From an uncultured virus (IMG/VR IMGVR_UViG_3300002140_000103) (lineage: Duplodnaviria; Heunggongvirae; Uroviricota; Caudoviricetes), in IMG/VR virus record IMGVR_UViG_3300002140_000103: a stretch of DNA of 64,000 nt, one strand, 5' to 3'. A model generated the notes under the pieces. That model did no database searches, had not been told where the DNA came from, and saw only the letters and a program-made list of their open reading frames with translations. Position 1 is the stretch's first letter. Every line of letters starts with the position of its first letter. Shown piece by piece: positions 48,728-60,700 of this stretch. The position numbers and the translations under genes were made by a program.

Positions 48728-51700
48728 TTAGGTAAGCTGATTGTTGCGCCGCGTAAGAATCTGCTTATTGCATTATCCGATTGTGCTAAACTATTATTAC
48801 CATTGTTCCATATTTTTCCTGTTTTTCTAACAATTTTAACGTCTATTCCTGCATCTGGTGTAGTACTTAACAATACATCGTTCCCTGATATTGTAAATTC
48901 GGGTTCTAATGTAACTGTTCCTTTGTTACTGTTGTATCTATCAATATCTAATGATGGATTGTGTACGGTTAATGCAGTTTTTCTTAAACGTATACCTCCA
49001 ACAAACACATCGATTTCATTTACATTAGTAGAAGCCATGTAATCTCTAAATGCTATCTGATAGCTGCCAGAACTACCATCAGAAATAGTTGTTTGCGATA
49101 AAATTACATCCGAATAGTTTATTGTTTCGTCAAGTCCTTGTCCGTATGCAACTGTTCCAACTGCATATACATTTCTAACACCAGTTCCGAGTGTACCTCT
49201 TCTTAACTGTGTTAAATCTCTTCCAGAAATTCCAAAGTACTCTATTCTTTCACCTTCAATGAATATAACTCCAGGAATATTTTTACTTGTGTTTGGTTGG
49301 AAAAGTCCGTCTGCACTTTCAAGACTTATTTTATGATCGTAGTAATTAAGAGATGATATTAATGCATACCCTTTATCTTGATTTAATCTCTTGTAATGAG
49401 TTCTGTCTAACATATCTTTAAATATTCTAAATCCAAACTTAGCAGTAGTTGGTGCGTTAGCAAATTGTAATACATCAATTATATCGTTCTCTAAAGGCTT
49501 GTTTACTAGTTGTATAGCATCGCCTGCTGGTAATAGATAATAATCAATGTGCGGAGTTAGCAAGGTACCGTTTACCGAAACCCATGCATACTCGGCACTG
49601 CTTATTGTACCGCGAAGTCTTACATAACCGCCAACTATAAGATTTCTTTGAATATAAGAGAACGTATCAATTGGCAGTGGAGCATACCCTGTACTATCTT
49701 CTGGATTAGTAATACCAACTGTTCTGACTTTATAAGTAATTCTTTCAAACTGATTTACATCGTGATTACTGAAAGTATATATCTCAACTTCTTCTCCGCT
49801 TGAAGGAGCAATTGCAAATGTAACACTATCGCTAAGAACATATGATACATCTGTAATATAAGCATCGTGATTGACTTCTGAATTACTCAAAAGAAGAATA
49901 TTAAATTCTGTACTGTTGTATTGTGTAAACAACGCATGTATATCTTTACGATAACTTCTTACTACAACTGATGATTGACTAATTGATTTAATTATTGCAT
50001 TAACAGATGTTGCACTGCTGTCTATTGATTGTATAACAATTTCGTCACCTACATTAAATGTAGATGATATATTAATTTCAGAACTGTCTATTGATTGTAA
50101 GTCTATTTGCGTATCAACAAAGTAGTATTCTGCATCGCCAATTACAAAAATATCAAGTTTTGTTCCTTGAGGTGCAACATCGTTTCTTAATAGAGTTATT
50201 CTTCCATTAATAGGATCCCATGTAAACTCTGTTCTTGTTAAACGTACACCGTCAGCAAATACTAAAACTTCAGCTTCGTCAATTAAACTTATATCTTCAA
50301 ATTGCCATTCCTCAATGTCATATGTTCTATGACTTTGTGTTGTGTAAGAAGTACTATAACCAGGATTAAGAATTGTATCGTTAACTTTAACTAGAATTTT
50401 ATGAGAGAACGGTTGACTTTCAAACGGAGCAGGATTAACTGTATGATAATCAGTTGTACCATTAGATTCAAACGTTCTATCAATAACTACTTGACTATAA
50501 GTCTTAACTGTTGTACTATAGATACTATACTGGAAAAAGTCACCTTCTGCTAGGATACCTGGTTCAAAAACAATTTTAAGTCTGTTTGAAGCATTGTCTT
50601 CTGTTGTTGTAACTAGATAGTTGTAATCCACCCCACTTGTTTTTACAATTCCGTTTACTGTTAAAAATACAGATAAGCTGTCTGTCCATATTGCGCCAGT
50701 AATAAATGTTGTAGTGCTACCGTCTGACGTAAAGTAGTTTGTTTCAATTAGATTATTACCATTTGTACCTATTGTTGTAATAGCTAAACTGGATCCAATA
50801 GAAATACTACTGTCTGCAAACTCAAGTGTGTTATTCTCAAAATTCAAGTTATATCTGCTTGGATCTTGAATTACATTGTCAAGTTTTACAATTACAGATT
50901 CTGTTGTTTGTGCAATTCCAGGTAACCCAAATATTACAGTAGATCCATCTAAAAGAACGTAATTTGTAGTACTGATTACACCTACGCCGTCGGAATCTCT
51001 ATGATAAACTTTTATATCAAGGGTATCTACTATTTCTCCCGGAACAAGTTCTTCAGGACCTTTGCTTGTAGTTGGAGTAACAAACCCATCGCCGTCAACT
51101 GTAATATCTTCAGTTAACAGTCCTGTAGCAGTTGTGTATGCTAGGTTGCCGCCGCCTAATGCAGTATCATAACTTGTGCTTGATGGAGTATAACTTCCAT
51201 CGCTTGTACTTTTTCTAATGATTACTATATCGCCGGCAAATGTTGGAACAAGGTCTTCGTCAATTGTAATTGTATCTGTTACCCCATCACCGACTATTGT
51301 TTCCAATACTGCATTTGGATTAGATAGCACAGTTGTTAAGTCATACTCTGGATCGTCAAGTCTAACTCCGTTTAGATAGAAGTTATATTCAACTCCGTCT
51401 TCTAATGCTTTAGATAGTTGGAATACTGTTGTACTGCCGTCAAGTACAAAGATTTCGTCTTCGTATGTGTTATCAAATGTATCCCACGGTGCAGCACCAA
51501 ATAATCCGCCAAATCCTTGTTCGTTTCCAAATCCAATGCTATCAAATTTTACACCTGAATATTCAACGCCGTCCATCAGCTGTGCTAAATCTTTACCAGC
51601 CATTCCAGTTGTAGGATTATAGAAGAAGTTTATTCTGTCTGCAGCACTTAAGAAGCTAACATCTTTCATGTAGTAAACTTTAATAACTGCTCCTACTGCA

Positions 51701-54700
51701 GGTGCTTTTACAAATCTAATACGACCGCGTTGCACATTATAACCAAGTGTTAAATGTGATGTGCCCGGACCTGCTGCAGTGTTTTGCAACGTGTCATAGT
51801 TAAATGATTCATCATCATATAACTTCTCTTGGTCAGTTGTAAAAGAATTAGAAACAGTATATGTACTACTTAATTGTAGAGTATTATTAATGTAAACACT
51901 GTACTGATCAGTTCTAATATCAAGTGGCCACTTAGTATTAAAAGTGCGCTGGGAGCCAGTGCCGACAAATGTTTCGTATCCATCTACATTTGGTTTAAGG
52001 TCAGTAACATAATAATTGCCACTAACTCTGTCAAACTTAATTGTAATATGTGCAGATCTAACCAGTGGATTTCCAAGTACCGGAGATACTTTAGCAGTAT
52101 ATCCGTTTGTATCAGGATCGGCAACAGTTACAGTTGGCGGAGTAATAAAACGCTCACCTCTTGTTATTAATTCAACTTGATAAACAGCACCTTTTCTAAC
52201 ATAAGCTCTAGCAGTTGCACCATTACTTGGTGTTACTGTTACAGCTGGTGATGAAGTATAACCAGACCCGCCTTCAACTACTTCATATGATACAACATGA
52301 TAACCGTTGTTATCTACCCAATTATCATAAGGAGAGTAAAGATATTTGTCAAGTATATTAGTTACAACACCATCCTGCACTGTTGCAATACTTGTTTCGA
52401 TAATGTTAGTTTCTTCGTTGTAACTTGGAGGTAAATCAAAGTCAGTTGTTAATGAACCAGTTGGTTCAACATAAGTGTAACTACTAATATATTCTCTCAC
52501 CTTAGTACTGTAAGGTTTTACTTCGTTAACATAGTCTTGATAATTTTCTAAATTATCATTCTGGAATGTAAGTTCTTGACGGAAATCTCCAAGGTTATGT
52601 TTTGCTCTTACAAAACTTGTTTTGAATATCCAATCAATATTTGACTGTTCTGCAAATGCGTATCGTACACCTGCAAAGAATAGCTTGTTGTATTCTACTG
52701 CTAAGTCGCTTATAAAGATATCGTCACGTAGTGCTATAATTATATTTCTTAGTTCATATATTGGTTCTCTATCATAAAATGATGTATCGTATATTCCGTT
52801 GTCAAATCCAGTAGAAACAGTATACAAATACGGACTAAGTTGTAAAGTTCCGTTTTGTCGTCCTACAGTACGATAATTAATTGTATAATCTTCTGTTAGC
52901 TGATCGTCAACTTTTTCTAATAATAGCCAGCCGCCGCTGCCTACGTTTTCAATTTTAACTATGTCACCAATAATATCATTTAAAGGATATAGTTTATAGC
53001 TCGAGTCTATTAAATGTTTAATTTCAGTTGAACTAGCGTATCCTTCGGCATACCAATCTGTATAACTCCAATAACGTGTAGTATCATATGCTTGATTGCT
53101 AGTTCTGAACCATACTTGCTGTGCAGAATCCCAACTATAAATTGCCCAACGGTTTCCAATTTCAGAATCTGAACTTACTAATACCGAGAATGGGCGAACT
53201 TCTAAAGCGGTATCTGGTGAATAGTTTTTACCTTGAGAACGTATATTAACACTGGTAACTTGCCCTAAATTGTTTATAGTTGTTTTAATAATAGCCCTAG
53301 AACCATAAGTGTCTGTTACAGTAACAACCGGAGAAACTTTATATCCTCTACCAGCATTCAGAATAGTAACATTTGTTATTTTTCCATTAACAACAGTAGG
53401 TTGCAACACTGCTTGAGAAAGTTTTGCAACTCCAAGAAATTGAAGTTGACTTACTGTATCTGCTGTAGTGTCATATTTTCCTACGTTGATATTAGGAACT
53501 TCGTCTTTAAGTAACATACCTGTTAAGTTGTAGTTGTCAACAATTTGGTTTTCTGCAAATACAATATTAACTCTTTCAACAAACTGTTTAAGTGCTTCTA
53601 TTCTATTAACAAACATACTTTGTCTTGGAACATTTAAAATTCCATATTTTTGTTTTACAGTTAATCTAGTATCGGGCACTGGTTTATTATTAGAGTCGTA
53701 ACCTATTAAACTGTCAAACCACTTTGTTTCTATTTCACTGTTTACACGACTTGTATCCAGTCCTTCTGTAATTAGCTGATATTCGTTGTGTGTATTTGAT
53801 TGTAGTTCGTTATCTTTATAAAATCCAAAGTGTAGTATTGTGTTAGTACCTTCGACTAACCCTTTAGAGTTATATAATGCAAACTTGTCTTTATCAAGTG
53901 GTGCAATAAATCTATATCCAAAGCCTGCAGGGTCTTCTATCAGTGCTGCAACTTGCTGCGCTGGTAGTCTTCTGTTATTATTGTTTTGTGGTAATATTCT
54001 ATTATTTTTAACCCAGAAGTAGTATTTTAAAACAGTTGTATTTTTTTCAACATCGTATGTATTTTTAAAACTAAAAATTGTATCATCGTATAGCGGAAGC
54101 CCGCTGATTCCTCTTGAAATGCCTGCAGTTGTATCAGCTAATGCAGCCCATTCAGTTGGAGATACATCTGACCTTACCCATTCGTATACATCAACAGTTG
54201 ACCCAACTGTTAGTTTATTCCATACAGAAGATCTATATTGTATATCGCCTTGGTACGGATTGTACCAACTAGCAGTACTCATATCCCACCATAACATTCC
54301 AACGTATTTGTCTGTCCAATTAATCGAACTATCAACAGTAATGTCAGTAATGGTTCCTGATGCATTAACAGAATATGTTGCTGGATCGTAATGAGTTTTG
54401 AAACTTAATTCTTGTTCTGCCGGTCCTGCAAATTTTCCTTGACGTGGATCAATAATATCTAAGTTTAAAATTAAATCGCTTGTATCGTTTGCATATAAGA
54501 AACAACGTTGTATTGCTGGTATGCTAACTTTGCCAGACTGTTGTGCAATATTCACCCAAGCATTGGCATTTTGTTCTGATCTTAAGTCTGCAAGAATACC
54601 AACAGAAGAGTTGTCAGTTATATTATATCCGTCTTCTAACGAAGAATCACCAACTAAGTTAAGATCAACTTTTGGTAAGCCTATATATAAATGATTGTTT

Positions 54701-57700
54701 ACTAATTTAAAATTACTTACATCATTAAATTTAATATTTCTATTATACGCTGCATCTTCTCCGTATATATAATAGTCATCAATTTCTTGCCATATAGAAA
54801 CTCGTCCTGAGTCCTTTATAGTAGTAATTAACTTAGTAGAATTACCATCAAACGTAGTAGGTGCTGCACTTTCTGCAGAAGTATTATCAAATACATAAAC
54901 AGAATATATATTAGCACCGTCTTCGTCTTTACCAACAACTACATTATAATTTAATTCAGTGTATCTGTCAAGTGTTGTATGAATCTTTGTATCTGTGTTT
55001 TTTCCACTGATAGCAAGTTTATTTCCGTAAAAATCTAAACCAGTGCCAAATGCTTCGTTTGGTTCGTCAAACGGACTTTTTAATGTTTGATTAAGTGTAT
55101 ATGTAGATACGTTATCTGTTGTAACTTGCTTATAAACATATACTACACCTTGATCAATGCCAGCATCGTCGTTAAGAGGAGCACCAATAGCAATTTTTTC
55201 TCCTACTTCGTCAATAGCAACAACATAGCCAAAATCTTCTAGCGAATCGTCAGTGTCAATACTTTGGCTATAAGTCCATCTGTTATCAGTATGTCTGTAT
55301 ATTGTAACACGTTCGTGTGCTGCTGCATTATTTTGATCAGTTGAAGCTGGCATAACAAAAATGTCAGCAAGTTTGTTAACATCAAATATTTTACCTATGT
55401 TTGTTGCAGTAGAAAATAATGAGGCTTCCGAAGCTTCGATTGATAAATCGCCATGCGGTACATATCCAGTATGCTCTACATCTGTAACTACTTGCCAATC
55501 AGTGTTAATTGACGTTGGAGGCGAAACTCCTGCATCGATGTTTGTTAGTGCTTTATACAAAACATTAGACTCAAATACAATATCATTAATATCGTATTTT
55601 GCATAATCACTGTAACTTCCTTTGAACTTTCTGTCTTTAGTATATGTCCATGCATCATCTGTATTGTCTAAAAAGTAAATTCTTCCTTGGTCAACAGCAT
55701 CTTCGCCTGGAGCTCCAACAAACAACTTTGTTAAGCCAGTTGAAGTTTTTCTTAATTCAACCTTGTATCCAAATCTTTCATCTGTAGTCGGATTTGGACT
55801 TACAATACAATGCGATAGTTCGTATGTATTATCATCTATTCTGCGTTCATATAAAAATACTGCACCCTGATTTGTATAACCAAAGTCCGTATTTCCAAAT
55901 TCTGATGTTTCATTTAAATATGCAGGGGCCCAGTCTTGATCATTTATATCAATAGTACTACTATCGCCCGATCCCCAACTAGCTATGTCAGTTAATGCTC
56001 TCCATAGAGTTCCTCTATCGTTTACAATGTCACCTATGTTATAAGATTTATCTGGTTCAACATAGCCTGCATAATAAGTTTTTGCATTACTTGCATTTGG
56101 TGCGCCAACAGCAATATACTTACCGTCTTCACTTATTGCAACGTCAAATCCATATTTGCTATCAACATCAATGGTTGAATTAACTAACAACGTCTGGAAT
56201 AAAGTTTTTTCTTGTGCTTCAACATTTCTAGTATAAATTCTTACACTATTGTCTATTGACCCAACAACAACCACAGCATTAGAATCGTTAATGTCAAAAC
56301 TGGTAGAGAACCCAGTGCTTGTTACATCTGGATTTACAATTTCTTGTTGTACTGAGAATACAGGATTATTAGTAAACACAGCAAACGATTCTTCGCCACT
56401 GTCTATCCATACAGTATCATCAAATTCTGAAGCAACTTGTTTTATATTTTGATTTAAGTCGTTTATATCAGTAAAGCGTCTTTTTACAAAGCGTGAAACA
56501 TTTATTACTGTACTATCGTCACCTTCATCTGGTTCTGTAATCTCAGCTTGTGTAATGAATACAACTTCATTACCAACTACACTTTTAACTTTGTGGAACC
56601 CGTTAACACCATCTAGCCTGCTTCTAAGTCCTACAAGTTCATCTTCAACAAAATCTACAGTTGTATCAAAGTAAACTGTAAACCCTATAAGATCTGTTGC
56701 ATCAAACGTAGTTTCGTCTGGTAGTCTAGCAATAATGCTTTCAACATTATAGCCTGTGCTCACATGTCTAATTGCATTCCAGTTTTGTTTTTGATTTTTG
56801 ATCCATACAAAATCGCCAATTTGTATGTCATCAATATTAAGATTTACTAATTGTTCTTCACTTTCAGAAACAAACGTAACGTCTTCGTTACGGCAGTATC
56901 CTGAATTTTTAGTAAAAATTGATTTATTAACTGTAGTTGAAAATAGTGCAGAATGGTCGTAATCAGTTGGTAACAAAACTGCATCACTTTGTAAAAGTTC
57001 GTAAGTTAAATCTGTTCTGTTTACATTTGTATTATTAACTAATTCAAATAACTGAGGCTCAAGACTATATTTTGACTCGTCAAGTTTAAATTCTACTTCT
57101 ATATTGTTTTCTACAGAACCATACTGGCCTAATCGTATAGCCCATTCTTCGTAAAATTCTAAACTATCAGTGTTTGCACTACTTAAAGCATCAAACAATT
57201 TAGTCAAACTATTTTTTGTACCTTTGTCTTGAATAAATCCTTGATAGAACTTATATTGGCTTACACTATCTGTAATAATATTACTTAGATAATTACGTTT
57301 TTGATATCCAATTAAATGCTGGCCTAGTCTTTGTTGCTCGGAATCAAAGTTGTCAGTATCTAGACTATAGAAATCTGTAAACTGATTTACTCTATAATCC
57401 CAGTTTGGCAATAGCTCAGGCTCTGGTCTGTCATTTAATATAGACCAGTGGTTTGCATCAAAGTATTCATTACTAGTATGTTTTACAGTTGATACATAAT
57501 AGAATTCTTTATATTTTACTAGATCGCCTAATGAGTAATCAGTCCATATGCTCCATACTGTAACTTTTGCATCATCATATATAAATCCAGGAATGTTAAG
57601 ACTACCGTTCCAGTTGTCAGTTCTATAACCCACAAGTTTTATTCTATCTTGTCTGTATCCAGTAATTTTATCAAATATTACATCATTAAACACAGTTTCG

Positions 57701-60700
57701 TTGTCAATAAGAATAACATGCTCTTTTTGAACCAATGGTAGTTTTACAAGAAAAATGCCTTCTGACATTCCGATAGGTTTTAATCCAAACTCGTTTTGAC
57801 TATTTCTAAATATATTAGAAAACTCTTTACTTACACTTTGACCATTTCCTGCTAACAAGCTATAGTCATAAAATCCATCAAACAAGTTATCAACTACATG
57901 ATAAGGTCTTTCAAATGAAACTTGATTAGCTACAGGACTTACTGTTAATATAGTACCGTTGTCCCAGTTTTGTGTAGTCCAGAATAAGAATTCCTTGACA
58001 CAAAGTTGCATGTTTTCTACTGCTTCGGTTTCGGTATTAAAGTATTCAAACTTAAATCCTTGATTTTTTAAATAGTATTCATACCCTAACATAAAGTCAA
58101 CTAGATCTTGCTTACTTGATAGCAGTGTGCCGTATGATAAACGAGAAACTTGAACATCGAAGTTTCTTTTTAATACTGCGCTTGCACCACCAACAATAGG
58201 AATACTTGCTATTTGTGCAAATTTATTTGAATCAAATTCTGTTGTACTTTGATGTGTTGTTTTTGTTCTATAATACTTACTGTTGTATTCGACAATTGTA
58301 CCAATAGGATATGTTTTATTTTCAGCCCAAGTCACAAACTTTTCAGAAATACCGCCAACTGTTATTGCAGGATCTGAATTTGTTAATGCCGGAACATTGT
58401 ATAAGAAAACAGGATCTTCTTTATCGTACCCAGATATAAGATAACCGTTTGCGGTTTTTTCTATTATAATACCACTTAACACTGCAATTTCTAATGCAGA
58501 ACTTGTAATGAATGCAATTTGATAATTTTCATCTGGTACAAATACACTGGTTTTATTCAGTGGGCTTCTACTATCTAATAATAGTTTTAACTTAGTCTTA
58601 TCAGCAAACCCGCCTAGCTTTATTGCAAGTTGGTTGTTTAACCCTTTTAAATTAGTAATGTAATTTGTGTATCTTGATGCATTTTTACCTGACATGTAAC
58701 TAGCAATATAGTTAACCAATCCAGATGTTAGGATAACATTTGTATCTATGCCTATTGTTGGAAATTTTAAACTACTAAGAGAAATTCTTTTATCAGTTTC
58801 TGTATAAACTAAATTTCCAGCAGCATCTCTTTTAATCCTACTTAGGTCAAACCCTAGGCCTAATAACTTAGCCGGTTGTAATAGTACCCATGAAGTAATT
58901 AAGGAGAACGGGTATTCACTACTACGTCTCCATGCAGTTTCAACAGGCGAAGAATCACCAAACTTAAATGCTGCTTGTCCATTTGAAATACTAAAGTTTT
59001 TTGCTAATCCACACTCTAATGGGCTTAATAATTTACCATATTCGTCTACAGGAATAAAGGTTAATAATCCAGGTCTTATATATTTTGGATCTCTTATTAT
59101 AGCTGCATTTGGTACTTTTATAATACCGTCTTGTAGGTCGTTCCATAATATTAAGTTGTCGCTAGTATACGGAGCAGGGCCGTATTGAGCTTCCCACCAT
59201 GTTGGTTTAATTGTAAACCCTAACATTTCCCAAGGATGGGTATGAGGTCTATCTGTGTCAAAGTATTTTTTAAAAATACTTCTCCAATAACCTGATATTT
59301 CATTATCGTTGTAATCTGTCATTGAATAATAGTTATAAGTAAAACTATCTTGACTATCGTAAAACGTATTTGAGGAATAGTCAGGCGATCCTGCTATCTC
59401 TATCCATTGTGCAAAATCGGCCAGCATTGCATTGTTAATATCTACTGTGTCAAAATTAGTATTTCTAAATGCGCCACCGACAAAACTGTGTACATCTAGC
59501 AATGACGTATTGTACTCTATTTTGATATTGTTATAAATTCTAGTTTCTAGTTCTAATATTAAGTCATCTCTATAGTCATCAAAGGCAAGTATAATACTAC
59601 CATCGTGTCCTTGAATTACATTTTTAGGAGTACTATAAGAGTTGTCAGTAAACTTCATAGGAAGATATTTTGGATATAATCCTAATTTAGTAGGTGTTGG
59701 AGGAATATACGTCCCGTTTGTTGACTGGTATTCGTAAACTGTAACAGTATCGCCATATACTAAATCTAACACATAAACAAATCTATCTGTAAAATTATAA
59801 TCATCTCCGTGAACTAGTTGCACATCGTTTTTATAAACAAGAACAGATTTTGTTGAAAGGGTTAACAGGTCAAAGTCTAATGAAAGTGCAAAATACGACG
59901 GGCCGTCATATTCAACTGTATGTATAGTTTTAGTATTTGCGCCAACTCCCAGCATATCACTGAAGTAGAAAGGCATAGATGATGTTTTGTCTTTTGTAAT
60001 AGTAGATAAAATTAAATCAACATGCTCTTTTGTACCGCCATGAAATCCAGTGTACTCAAATTCATTAATAAACTGTCTTTTAAATTTTGCATATTCCTTT
60101 CTAGCAAATTTTAAAGATTTAATAATGTTAGCATCTTTATCGGTAACATGGTATAGTGCAAGATTTAAAGGACCACTGTGTTGTACAAAACGCTTGCCGT
60201 GTTCGGTTACATTTCCAAGATCACGCAGGTTGTTAACACCTAAAATATCTCCAGAAAATCCTGGAACATCTTGTACTATACTGCTAACATGATCATTTAC
60301 TTCGCCAAGTGTAAAGGTTAACAGATTTTCGTTTAACGGATTTTTTTCAAAGTTAATAGGCATTTCGTAAAACCCATTGCTGTTTTTATTTGCGTTACTA
60401 TAGCATTTTAAAACAACACTTGAATTAGCAGTTGATATTGTAGGTAAGAAAGTAACAATTTTTATATTGTTTCTAGTTGAAAGTGTATAGTGAACGTTTT
60501 CTTCTTTCTTTACACCATCGAGATATACTCTAACAACAAGATCTGTTAACAATCCGCTGGAGACGGTAAAAACGTCAACTTTGTAAGGACCGGGTTCACT
60601 TACGTACTGTCTTATAACAGGTTGTTTACTATTAGCAATTGCTTTTTTCCAACCGTTTACATATATAGATTGATCTCCTATATTATTATAAGATTTTAAA